A DNA stretch of 64,000 bases from an uncultured Bifidobacteriaceae bacterium (lineage in GTDB: Bacteria > Actinomycetota > Acidimicrobiia > IMCC26256 > PALSA-555): contig CAZHKE010000011.1 of NCBI GenBank assembly GCA_964532485.1, positions 18,647 through 82,646 on the forward strand, given 5' to 3'. The notes beneath the pieces were generated by a model, which made no database searches, was not told where the DNA came from, and saw only the letters and a program-made list of their open reading frames with translations. Shown here one piece after another: positions 44,839 to 53,260 of this stretch. Position numbers and translations under genes: made by a program. Numbering within the stretch: position 1 is the first letter of the stretch; every line of letters begins with the position of its first letter.

Positions 44839-46052
44839 GACGAGCGCGCGAGCTCGAGGGCGTCGCCCCAAGCCGCGCCCTCCGCGATCATGCGCCGATA
44901 CTGCATCACGACTCGAGGTCGGCTGAAGCCGATCGCCCCCACGAGCCGGTCGCCACGCCCCACGGCGGCCACGAAGCGCAGCTCGTCGGTCGACCCGTCG
45001 ACGACGGCGATCTCGTCGTCGCCCCGCACGTGACCCACGACCTGGATCTTGGTCTCGTACTGGTCGGACCACACGAACGGCACGGGCCCGTACGGCTCGG
45101 GGCTGCTCGCGAGCAGTCGAGCGCCCGCCGCGACACCTTGCTCGGCGGCGTTCGTCCAGTGCTCGAGGCGCATCGACTCGCCGCCGAACGTCCGGTTCGG
45201 CCAGCGACACACATCGCCCGCGGCGACGATCCCCGGCGCTGCGAGCAGCGTCTCGTCGCACACGACGCCGTCGTCGATCAGCAAGCCGGAGCCGGCGAGC
45301 CACTCCGTCGCGGGAGCCACCCCGACGCCGACGACCACGACGTCAGCGTCGAGAATCGAGCCGTCGGCGAGCCGGATGCGCTCGACGCGATCGTGGCCCT
45401 CGAACCCGTCGACCCCGGTGCTCGTGCGCAGGTCGACCCCGTGGTCTCGGTGCATGCCGGCGAGCACATCGCCCATCACCGGCCCGAGGCCGCGCACCAT
45501 GGGGCTCGGCAACGCTTCGAGGACGGTCACGGCGAGGTGGCGGGCCCGGCACGTCGCCGCGACCTCCGCGCCGATGAAGCCCGCGCCGACGACCGCGACC
45601 CGGTGCGGCGCACGGTCGAGATCGTCGCGGATGGCCAGGCAGTCGTCGAGCGTGCGCAGCACGTGGATGCCCGGGAGATCGGGCATGGCCGCGAGCCTGC
45701 GTGGTGCCGCGCCGGTCGCGAGCACGACCCCGCGCGCACCGGCGACGACACGACCGTCGTCGAGGGTGACCGAGCGGTCGGCGACGTCGAGCGCGACCGC
45801 CCGGCGACCGAGCTCCCACTCGGCGTCGAGGTCCTCGATCGGCTGGCGTCGCAACGCGAGGTCGTCGACGACCGCATCGCCGGCGAGCAGTCCCTTCGAG
45901 AGGGGCGGCCGGTCGTACGGGCGGTGGGTCTCGGCGCCGATGACGACCAGCTGACCGTCGTAGCCGAGCCGGCGGAGCTCTTCGACCGCGCGCAGCCCGG
46001 CGAGGGACGCACCGACCACGACCACTCGATCCGCACCTGCAGGTGGCGACAC
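44835..46052 (-). CDS. FAD/NAD(P)-dependent oxidoreductase (ferredoxin-reductase / pyridine nucleotide-disulfide oxidoreductase type)
   Basis: VVVVGASLAGLRAVEEL, YDRPPLSK and VAVVGAGFIGAEVA are present. I prefer GTG 46052 because, by my hand count, GC3 falls to about 73% upstream of it. ATG 46139 is the alternative. Confidence 0.85.
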   Translation of the reverse strand: MSPPAGADRVVVVGASLAGLRAVEELRRLGYDGQLVVIGAETHRPYDRPPLSKGLLAGDAVVDDLALRRQPIEDLDAEWELGRRAVALDVADRSVTLDDGRVVAGARGVVLATGAAPRRLAAMPDLPGIHVLRTLDDCLAIRDDLDRAPHRVAVVGAGFIGAEVAATCRARHLAVTVLEALPSPMVRGLGPVMGDVLAGMHRDHGVDLRTSTGVDGFEGHDRVERIRLADGSILDADVVVVGVGVAPATEWLAGSGLLIDDGVVCDETLLAAPGIVAAGDVCRWPNRTFGGESMRLEHWTNAAEQGVAAGARLLASSPEPYGPVPFVWSDQYETKIQVVGHVRGDDEIAVVDGSTDELRFVAAVGRGDRLVGAIGFSRPRVVMQYRRMIAEGAAWGDALELARSS

Positions 46053-46124
46053 GGCAGCGACGGTACCCCGCTCGGTCGGATCGGCTGCCGTCCGTGCCCG
46101 GCTCGAGCTGAGTCGCCTCGCGCC

Positions 46125-46138
46125 TGACACCCGTGTCA
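46125..46138. promoter_or_regulatory. Palindrome TGACAC-cc-GTGTCA in a divergent promoter region (operator candidate)
   Basis: Read directly. A further GACACCC half-site lies at 46161-46167. Confidence 0.3.
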
Positions 46139-46177
46139 TCCTCTCGACGGATGGAGGGTCGACACCCGGAGTGCGAC

Positions 46178-48346
46178 GTGACCGGACGGCCGCTCGCGCT
46201 CCGTGAGCTCGATCTCGACACGTTCCTGCACCCCCGCAGCGTCGTCGTGATCGGCGCGTCCGAGGCCCCGGGCAAGCCCAACGCGGCGATGACACGTCGG
46301 CTCAAGCGATGGGCCGACGACCACGGTGCGACGTTCCACCCGGTGCACCCGGTGCGCGACGAGGTGCTCGGCGTGCGGTGTGCGAGAAGCATCGACGACG
46401 TGCCCGGCGAGATCGATCTCGCGGTGATCCTCACGGCGAACGCCGTCGACGCGTACGCCGACGTCGTCGCCCGCAAGGCGCGCTTCGCCGTCGCCTTCGC
46501 GGCCGGGTTCTCGGAGGCGGGCGCCGCGGGCGCCATCCAAGAGGAGCGGCTCGGGAAGCTCGCAGCATCGGGCGAGACGCGGCTCCTCGGGCCCAACACC
46601 AACCTCAACGCCTTCGAGACCTTCCGCACCGATCTCGCGGGCCCGGCCATCGCGCTCGCCACCCAGAGCGGACACCAGGGGCGGCCGGTGTTCCAGGGCC
46701 AGGAGCTCGGGATCCGCCTCTCGCACTGGGCGCCGACCGGCAACGAGGTCGACCTCGAGGTCGCCGACTTCGTCGCCTACTTCGCCGATCAGCCCGAGGT
46801 CGGCGTGATCGCCGCCTACGTGGAGGGTTTCAAGGACGGCCGCAGCCTGATGCTCGCCGCCGACCATGCCGCACGGCTCCACAAGCCGCTCGTGGTCGTG
46901 AAGGTCGGGCGCACCGACGAGGGCGCGTCGATGGCCAGGGCGCACACCGGTCACCTGACGGGTCGCGACGCGGTGGTGTCGGCGGTGTTCCGCCAGCTCG
47001 GCGTCACGCGCGTCGACGGGCTCGACGAGCTGCTCGAGACCTCGGCAGCGCTCGCGCGCACGCGGCCCTCCGAGCCGCCGCGCTGGAGTGCGCGCGGCCC
47101 CGGCGTCTGCGTGTACGCGATCTCGGGTGGCACGGGTGCCCACATGGCCGACCTCGTCGCGGCCGCCGGCCTGCGCCTGCCGCCCCTCTCGGCGTCGACA
47201 CGGGCCGCGCTGCACGACGGCCTGATCCCCGAGTACCTGCGGGTCTCGAATCCGGTCGATTGCGGCGGTCCGCCGGTCGCCGACGAGCGGGGCCCCGCGA
47301 TCCTCCAGCTGATCCTCGCCGACCCCGCGATCGACGTGCTCGTCGTCCCGATCACCGGCGCGGTCGACATCTTCAGCGACCCGTTCACTCGTGATCTCGT
47401 GGCGGCCGCCCAGACCACGAAGAAGCCGATCTTCGTGGTCTGGGGCTCGCCGTCGCCTGCGGACGACGGCTACTACCGCCGCCTGCTCGACGGCGGGCTG
47501 CCGGTGTTCCGCACGTTCTCGAACTGCGTCGGCGCGATTCGCGCCTACGTCGACTACTGGCAGTTCGCGAGTCGCTACAAGTCGGCCTTCCCGAAGGCGC
47601 CGCGACGGCCGTCGTCCGTCGCCCAGAGGACCCGCCGGATCCTCGGCCGCGCAGAGCCGGGCGCGGCCCTCGCCGAGCACGACGCCAAGGAGCTGCTGCG
47701 CGCGTACGGCATCTCGACCACGCGCGACGTCCTCTGCACCAGCGCGGCCGACGCAGCGCGCGCCGCCCGCAACCTCGGCGGCGCGAAGGAGCGGCCCGTG
47801 GTGATGAAGGCCTCGTCACCCGATCTCCTGCACAAGAGCGACCTCGGCCTCGTGCGCCTCGGGGTCAGCGGTGCGAGCGCGGTGCGCGCCACGTTCACCG
47901 AGCTCGAGCGGAGGGCGGCACGCGCCGCGGAGCGCGCCGGCCGCGTCGACGGTGTGCTCGTCTGCGAGCAGGTCGACGACGGCGTCGAGATGGTGCTCGG
48001 GGTGTCCCAGGACGAGCTCTTCGGCCCGGTCGTGATGGTCGGTACCGGTGGCGTGCTGGTCGAGGTGATGGGCGACGTGACGTTCCGAGTCCCGCCGTTC
48101 GACCGGCGTGAGGCCGAGCGCATGGTGCAGGAGCTCGTGGGGCGGCGCCTGCTCGAGGGGGTGCGAGGCGCACCCGCGGTCGACACGCGCGCACTCGTCG
48201 ACATGATCATGAAGGTGCAACAGCTGGCGACGGATCTCGCCTGCCCGTCGTTCCCCGAGCAGCTCGGCGAGCTCGATGTCAACCCGTTGGTCGTGCGGTC
48301 GCGTGGCGCGGTCGCCCTGGATGCCTTGATCGTGAGGAAGCAGTGA
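46178..48346 (+). CDS. ADP-forming acyl-CoA synthetase (acetate--CoA ligase family, fused CoA-binding/ligase and ATP-grasp domains)
   Basis: FLHPRSVVVIGASEAPGKP, the phosphohistidine-loop region RAHTGHLTG and a C-terminal ATP-grasp domain are present. GTG 46178 is preceded by GGAG plus 6 nt. ATG 46151 and GTG 46133 are alternatives. Confidence 0.87.
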   Translation: MTGRPLALRELDLDTFLHPRSVVVIGASEAPGKPNAAMTRRLKRWADDHGATFHPVHPVRDEVLGVRCARSIDDVPGEIDLAVILTANAVDAYADVVARKARFAVAFAAGFSEAGAAGAIQEERLGKLAASGETRLLGPNTNLNAFETFRTDLAGPAIALATQSGHQGRPVFQGQELGIRLSHWAPTGNEVDLEVADFVAYFADQPEVGVIAAYVEGFKDGRSLMLAADHAARLHKPLVVVKVGRTDEGASMARAHTGHLTGRDAVVSAVFRQLGVTRVDGLDELLETSAALARTRPSEPPRWSARGPGVCVYAISGGTGAHMADLVAAAGLRLPPLSASTRAALHDGLIPEYLRVSNPVDCGGPPVADERGPAILQLILADPAIDVLVVPITGAVDIFSDPFTRDLVAAAQTTKKPIFVVWGSPSPADDGYYRRLLDGGLPVFRTFSNCVGAIRAYVDYWQFASRYKSAFPKAPRRPSSVAQRTRRILGRAEPGAALAEHDAKELLRAYGISTTRDVLCTSAADAARAARNLGGAKERPVVMKASSPDLLHKSDLGLVRLGVSGASAVRATFTELERRAARAAERAGRVDGVLVCEQVDDGVEMVLGVSQDELFGPVVMVGTGGVLVEVMGDVTFRVPPFDRREAERMVQELVGRRLLEGVRGAPAVDTRALVDMIMKVQQLATDLACPSFPEQLGELDVNPLVVRSRGAVALDALIVRKQ

Positions 48347-49182
48347 CCGAACAGTCCGAACCCGACGTCGATCAGGAGCTGCTCGCAGAGGTCCGCGAGC
48401 AGGTGCTCTGGCTGACGCTGAACCGCCCCGATGCGGGCAACGCCATCACGCCGGCCGTACGCAACCGAATGATCGAGCACCTGGGCGAAGCGAGCTCCTC
48501 GTTCGACGTGCGCGCGATCGTGCTGACCGCCGCCGGTGAGAAGCACTTCTGCACCGGCGCCGATCTGCGCTCGGGGCGCGCCGCGCCACCACCGAAGCCC
48601 GAGGACGCACCCGAGCGCGTGTCGGGCGAAGCGGCGCGCATGATCCGCACGGGCATCCAGCGGCTGATCGGCGCCATGCTCGACTGTGAGAAGCCGATCG
48701 TCTGCGCGCTCAACGGCACTGCGGCCGGTGGCGGCGCGGCGATGGTGCTGGCGTCCGACCTCGTGGTCGCGGCCGACAACGCTCGCATCATCCAGGTGTT
48801 CGTTCGTCGTGGCCTGATCCCCGATGGCGGACCCACCTATCTGCTCCCCCGCCTCGTCGGGCTGCAGAAGGCGAAGGAGCTCGTCTTCTTCGGTGACGAC
48901 CTCGGTGCGCACGACGCGGAGCGCCTCGGGCTCGTGAACACCGTTGTGCCCGGCACCCAGCTGCAGGCGGCAGCGGCCGAGTGGGCCGGGCGGCTCGCGC
49001 AGGGACCGACGAAGACCATCGGGTTCGCCAAGCGCTTGCTCAACCGCTCGCTCGACGTCGATCGGGCGACGCTGTTCGAGGAGGAGGCGCTGCTCGTCGA
49101 GATGGTCGCGGCGACGGAGGACTCGAAGGAAGGCGTCGCCAGCTTCCTCGAGCGCCGCCCCACGGACTTCAAGGGGTACTGA
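48343..49182 (+). CDS. Enoyl-CoA hydratase/isomerase family protein
   Basis: LTLNRPDAGNAI, CALNGTAAGGGAAM and a GTGA overlap with the synthetase stop. Confidence 0.88.
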   Translation: MTEQSEPDVDQELLAEVREQVLWLTLNRPDAGNAITPAVRNRMIEHLGEASSSFDVRAIVLTAAGEKHFCTGADLRSGRAAPPPKPEDAPERVSGEAARMIRTGIQRLIGAMLDCEKPIVCALNGTAAGGGAAMVLASDLVVAADNARIIQVFVRRGLIPDGGPTYLLPRLVGLQKAKELVFFGDDLGAHDAERLGLVNTVVPGTQLQAAAAEWAGRLAQGPTKTIGFAKRLLNRSLDVDRATLFEEEALLVEMVAATEDSKEGVASFLERRPTDFKGY

Positions 49183-49203
49183 CCATGGCGAGCGACACCA
49201 TGT

Positions 49204-49244
49204 TGCCCGGAGCGAGCGACCGATCGCTGCCCGGAGCGAGCGAC
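49204..49244 (+). repeat. Two perfect 17-nt direct repeats (tgcccggagcgagcgac), period 24 nt, in the crotonase-thiolase spacer
   Basis: The copies lie at 49204-49220 and 49228-49244. Each carries a GGAG. The second provides the thiolase SD. Confidence 0.8.
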
Positions 49245-49246
49245 AG

Positions 49247-50395
49247 ATGCTGAAGGACAGGGTCGCGATCGTCGGGATCGGCCAGACCGCGTTCGGGAAG
49301 GGCCTCGAGCACACCGAGCTGTCGTTGGCATGCCAGGCGATCTCAGCCGCGCTCGACGACGCCCAGATCGCGCCCTCCGAGGTCGACGGCCTCGCGTCCT
49401 TCACGATGGAGCCGGGCCGCGAGGTCGACGTCGCGCGCAACGTCGGGCTCGGTGACATCACGTTCTTCACGCAGGTCGGGTACGGCGGCGGCGCGGGCTG
49501 CGGGGTCGTGCTCCAGGCCGCAATGGCGCTCGCGACCGGCCAGTGCCGGGTCGCGGTGGCATGGCGGGCGCGCAAGCGAGCCGCGAAGTCGAGCCGCCCC
49601 TGGTCCCAGGTGCCCCAGCGCCTGCGGGACCACTGGCAGTGGAGCCGGCCTTGGGGGCTGCTCCGCCCGGTCGACGAGGTCGCGATGCTCACGCGCCGCT
49701 ACATGCACGAGTACCACGCAACGCGCGATCACCTCGCGAACGTCGCGATCGCGTTCCGCAAGCATGCCAACCGCAACCCCGAGGCGACCATGTACGAGAA
49801 GACGCTCACCCGTGAGCAGTACATGGAGGCGCGCTGGATCTCCGAGCCGCTGTGCCTGTTCGACAACTGCCTCGAGACCGACGGCGCGCTCGCGATCGTG
49901 ATGGTGCCCGCTGAGCGCGCGCCCGACCTGCCGCAGCCGCCGGTCTACCTCCACTCCGGCGCGCAGGGCCTGCCCGCCCAGCATCAGACGATGATCAACT
50001 ACTTCAACGACGACCCGCTCGAGGGACCGTCGTGGGCCGCGGCGGCCCAGCTGTGGCGCACCGCCGACTTCGGACCCGGCGACGTGCAGGTCGCGCAGAT
50101 CTACGACGCTTTCAGCCCACTGATCCCGCTGTCACTGGAGGGCTACGGGTTCTGCGAACGGGGCGCGGGTGGCGACTTCACGAACGACGGCGCGCTCGAG
50201 TGGCCTGCCGGTCGCCTGCCGACGAACACGAGCGGCGGCGGCATGTCGGAGGCGTACGTCCACGGCTTCAACCTCGTGCTCGAAGGTGTGCGGCAGATGC
50301 GCGGCACGTCGACGGCACAGGTCGACGGCGCGAGCACCTGTCTCGTGACGAGCGGCGAGGGCGTGCCGACGAGCGCGCTCTTGCTGCGCCGATAG
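49247..50395 (+). CDS. SCP-x / Ltp-type thiolase-fold protein
   Basis: VAIVGIGQTAFGK and NTSGGGMSEAYVHGFN are present. There is no classical CxGGG C-terminal motif, which fits the lipid-transfer-protein thiolase subgroup. ATG 49247 has a good SD. Confidence 0.85.
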   Translation: MLKDRVAIVGIGQTAFGKGLEHTELSLACQAISAALDDAQIAPSEVDGLASFTMEPGREVDVARNVGLGDITFFTQVGYGGGAGCGVVLQAAMALATGQCRVAVAWRARKRAAKSSRPWSQVPQRLRDHWQWSRPWGLLRPVDEVAMLTRRYMHEYHATRDHLANVAIAFRKHANRNPEATMYEKTLTREQYMEARWISEPLCLFDNCLETDGALAIVMVPAERAPDLPQPPVYLHSGAQGLPAQHQTMINYFNDDPLEGPSWAAAAQLWRTADFGPGDVQVAQIYDAFSPLIPLSLEGYGFCERGAGGDFTNDGALEWPAGRLPTNTSGGGMSEAYVHGFNLVLEGVRQMRGTSTAQVDGASTCLVTSGEGVPTSALLLRR

Positions 50396-50418
50396 CAGGT
50401 GATCGAGGAGGCAATCAC

Positions 50419-50856
50419 ATGACCGCGACCGGCTTCCTGCTCCCCGACCTCGAGAGCGAAGACGCGGCCGAGTTCTGGGCCGGGTGCGCTCGCGGCGAGC
50501 TGCTCGTCCAGCGCTGCGGCGCATGCGGCGCGCCGCGCGTCCCACCGCGCCCCATGTGCCCGCGTTGCCGCTCGATCGACGTCGTGTGGGAGCGGGCATC
50601 CGGACGCGGCACGATCTGGTCGTACGTCGTGCCGCACCCGCCCCTCCTGCCCGCGTACGCGCAGCTCGCGCCGTACAACGTCATCGTCGTCGCGCTCGAG
50701 GAAGATCCGACGCTGCGCATGGTCGGCAACCTCCTCGCGTCGCCCGAAGGGGGGATCGACGAGATCGACCCCGCCACGATCGAGATCGGCGCCCCGGTGC
50801 GGGTCGTGTACCAGCAGGTCGAGGACGTCACGCTCCCGCGTTGGGTCCGGGCCTAG
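50419..50856 (+). CDS. DUF35 protein (Zn-ribbon plus OB-fold), thiolase partner
   Basis: It has a zinc ribbon (CGACGAPRVPPRPMCPRC) followed by an OB-fold region. GAGGAGG lies 7 nt upstream of the ATG. Confidence 0.87.
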   Translation: MTATGFLLPDLESEDAAEFWAGCARGELLVQRCGACGAPRVPPRPMCPRCRSIDVVWERASGRGTIWSYVVPHPPLLPAYAQLAPYNVIVVALEEDPTLRMVGNLLASPEGGIDEIDPATIEIGAPVRVVYQQVEDVTLPRWVRA

Positions 50857-50893
50857 CGAAGGACCACGCCCGCGAGGTGGGCTCCCGAACGCG

Positions 50894-50924
50894 ACGAAGC
50901 CCGGTCGGCGGGACCGGGCTTCGT
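50894..50924. terminator. Perfect 13-bp stem / 5-nt loop hairpin; candidate bidirectional intrinsic terminator
   Basis: The sequence is acgaagcccggtc-ggcgg-gaccgggcttcgt. It lies 38 nt after the DUF35 stop and about 80 nt after the stop of the candidate minus-strand small ORF. The U-tract is weak. Confidence 0.55.
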
Positions 50925-51005
50925 GCTGGAACCGACGCCGGCAGCGATGAGACGGGGGGAGACCCACCGCCGCCGGGCGTCAGATCGCGATCGGAGATGA
51001 GCGGG

Positions 51006-51134
51006 TCAGGCGGCCTTGCGCTCGACGTCGCGGTCGCGCCCCGCCCGCAGGTCTGCGAGGGTGCGCTCCCAGCGAAGCCGCTTCGCGATCCAGGCCATCG
51101 CTCGCTCACGCTCGATGCTCGTGGTCGTCGCCAT
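51006..51134 (-). CDS. Candidate small ORF (42 aa, highly charged and helical), divergent from the MerR gene
   Basis: My own translation is MATTTSIERERAMAWIAKRLRWERTLADLRAGRDRDVERKAA. ATG 51134 is preceded by GGAG plus 7 nt. By my count 37 of 42 codons end in G or C. It is below the ORF-track size cutoff. Confidence 0.35.
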   Translation of the reverse strand: MATTTSIERERAMAWIAKRLRWERTLADLRAGRDRDVERKAA

Positions 51135-51210
51135 GGTGCGGCTCCTGCTCTTCGGACTCGGATCCCGTGGCGTCGGCTCGTTGTGATCCAGCGCACAAGA
51201 TCATGCTGTA

Positions 51211-51239
51211 TTGACTCTGAGAGTATCTCCTCTTAGAGT
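51211..51239 (+). promoter_or_regulatory. Candidate promoter with an embedded dyad upstream of the MerR gene
   Basis: TTGACT (51211-51216), a 17-nt spacer, then TAGAGT (51234-51239). The dyad ACTCTGAGAG / CTCTTAGAGT (51214-51223 / 51230-51239) matches at 9 of 10 positions and spans the spacer. This is locally the most AT-rich stretch I noticed in the window. Confidence 0.5.
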
Positions 51240-51263
51240 AGACGCTGTCAAGGACGGTGACGG

Positions 51264-51992
51264 ATGTCACAGACCGACACATCCCAGGACGAGCAGGCGC
51301 CGGCATGGCGCATCGACGACCTCGCCCAGCGCGCCGGCGTCACCGTCGACACGATCCGCTACTACCAGCGCGAGGGGCTCCTCCCCCCGGCCGAGCGCGC
51401 CGGCCGCGCGAACGTCTACGGCCCCGCGCACCTCGAGCGGCTCGAGCGCATCAAGGAGCTGCAGGCGCGGCGCTTCTCGCTCGCGGCGATCAAGGCGCTG
51501 CTGGCGGACGAGCGCGAGGGGATCGTCGAGGGGATCTTCGGTGGTGGCGGTGACCGCACCTACACCCTCGAGGACCTGCTGGCGCGCTCGGGCATCGACG
51601 CCGAGCTGTGCGAAGCCCTGCGTTCGTCAGGGTTGCTGCGCGACCCGGCCGAGTTCGGTCGCGATGCGTACGACGGCGACGACCTCGACTTCCTCCGCAC
51701 GCTGGCGGCGCTCCACGACCTCGGGATACCGGCGCCCGCCGTCGTCGAGGTCGCACGGATCTACGCCGACGGCATCGAGGCGACGCAGTCGCGGATCATC
51801 GAGCTCTTCACGACCGGCGGGTCGCTTGCCTGGGCAGGCGGAGGGCTGACGGAGTTCCAGGACGTGACCGCGAGGAACGCGACGAGCATCCTCCCGCTCG
51901 CGCACCGGCTCGTCGACTACACGCACCAGCGAACGATCCAGCGCCTCACGCTCGGGGCGATCGAGCAGAGCACGCAGGAGCAGCGCGACTGA
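51264..51992 (+). CDS. MerR-family transcriptional regulator
   Basis: WRIDDLAQRAGVTVDTIRYYQREGLLPP...LERLERIKELQARRFSLAAIKALL. Confidence 0.88.
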   Translation: MSQTDTSQDEQAPAWRIDDLAQRAGVTVDTIRYYQREGLLPPAERAGRANVYGPAHLERLERIKELQARRFSLAAIKALLADEREGIVEGIFGGGGDRTYTLEDLLARSGIDAELCEALRSSGLLRDPAEFGRDAYDGDDLDFLRTLAALHDLGIPAPAVVEVARIYADGIEATQSRIIELFTTGGSLAWAGGGLTEFQDVTARNATSILPLAHRLVDYTHQRTIQRLTLGAIEQSTQEQRD

Positions 51993-52024
51993 CGCCGCCG
52001 CGTGGCGATCCGGCGCGCGACGAC

Positions 52025-53173
52025 TCAGAGGTGCCAGATGCGGGCGGCGTTGTGTCCGACGATGCGGTCGCGCTCGTCGCTCGGCAGGTGGCCCATCGTC
52101 TCCGCGATCACCTTGCGCGAGTACGGCCAGTCGTTGCCGTGGTGCGGGTAGTCGCTCGACCACATCATGTTGTCGACCCCCACCGAGTGGCGCAGGGCGA
52201 TGCCTGAGCGGTCGGTGATGAACGATGCCGCGTTGTTGCGATGCCAGTAGAACGACGGCGGCTCGGTGATCTCGAGCTCGCCCCACGAGCGGTTGCGCCA
52301 GTAGCGGTCGTCGATCGACTCGAGGAGGTGCGGGAGCCAGCCGACGCCGGTCTCGATCCAGCACATCTTCAGCTCGGGGAAGCGGTCGAACACGCCGCTG
52401 AAGAGCATCTGCGTGATCGCGCCCGCGGTCATCGAGAACACGTGGCTCATCGAACCGATTGCCTTGGCGCGTGCCGCGGCGCTGCTCATGTCGTACCTGA
52501 CGCTGCGCGACGCGGCCGCGGCCTTGCGCGCTGCGCTGCGCTGCGCACGGCTGACGATGTTGATGTGCACCGATACGGGCAATCCCTCGTCGACGGCCGC
52601 GGACCAGAACGCGTCGTCGTCGGCGGACAGGCCCTCCCCGCCCGATGGCCAGTTCGAGAGGATGACGCCCTTCGCGCCACGCGCGACCGCCTGGCGGAGC
52701 GAGTCGACCGCGACGTCGATGCCGAGTGACGGGACCTGCGCGAGCCCGATCAGCCGATTCGGGTCGGGCGCGCAGAACTCCTCGAACAAGAAGCTGTTGT
52801 ACGCCTCCACGCCGGCGAGCACGAAGTCGTCGTCGTCGTCGCCGAGGAAGTGGCTCATGGTGCGCTGTGGTGGGAACAGGATCTCTGCCGCCACTCCGTC
52901 ACGATCCATGTCCTCGAGGCGCGCGTCGCCGTTGTAGCAGCCCTTGCGTGCGTCCTCGTAGGTGACGCCGAACCAATGGAACTCGTCGTACGCCATGCCG
53001 GGCGTCGCGACGAGCCCGATCGGGTCGGGATCGCCACCGACCGCGGTGAGCCACGCGTCGCCGCCGCGCGGATCCTTCACGAGCTTGGGGGCCTTGTCCT
53101 GGTGTCGCTCCGGAAGCCAGTTCGTCCAGATGTCAGGCGGTTCGAGGATGTGGCAGTCGGCGTCGACGATCAT
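52025..53173 (-). CDS. Amidohydrolase-2 (ACMSD/LigW-like metal-dependent hydrolase/decarboxylase) family protein
   Basis: The N-terminus is MIVDADCHILEP and the C-terminus has SDYPHH...HNAARIW. The start is ATG 53173. The rest of the 764-aa track ORF is a shadow over the CoA-transferase gene. Confidence 0.85.
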   Translation of the reverse strand: MIVDADCHILEPPDIWTNWLPERHQDKAPKLVKDPRGGDAWLTAVGGDPDPIGLVATPGMAYDEFHWFGVTYEDARKGCYNGDARLEDMDRDGVAAEILFPPQRTMSHFLGDDDDDFVLAGVEAYNSFLFEEFCAPDPNRLIGLAQVPSLGIDVAVDSLRQAVARGAKGVILSNWPSGGEGLSADDDAFWSAAVDEGLPVSVHINIVSRAQRSAARKAAAASRSVRYDMSSAAARAKAIGSMSHVFSMTAGAITQMLFSGVFDRFPELKMCWIETGVGWLPHLLESIDDRYWRNRSWGELEITEPPSFYWHRNNAASFITDRSGIALRHSVGVDNMMWSSDYPHHGNDWPYSRKVIAETMGHLPSDERDRIVGHNAARIWHL

Positions 53174-53184
53174 GGGCACGACGC

Positions 53185-53211
53185 TAGGGTGCCACGAGCG
53201 TCCGGGACGCT
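53185..53211 (+). promoter_or_regulatory. Candidate -10 box (TAGGGT, 53185-53190) followed by the perfect palindrome AGCGTCC-g-GGACGCT (53197-53211)
   Basis: Read directly in the 111-bp divergent amidohydrolase / CoA-transferase spacer. The palindrome sits about where transcription would start. Confidence 0.3.
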
Positions 53212-53260
53212 GCCGAAGGTCACATCCTCCACCGGACGCAGACCCCGCAAGGTCGGTTCG

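Noticed and set aside
47575-49692. 705-aa minus-strand ORF
   Set aside because: It is antisense to the acyl-CoA synthetase, crotonase and thiolase genes. It has no recognisable domain and is Ser/Arg/Pro-rich.
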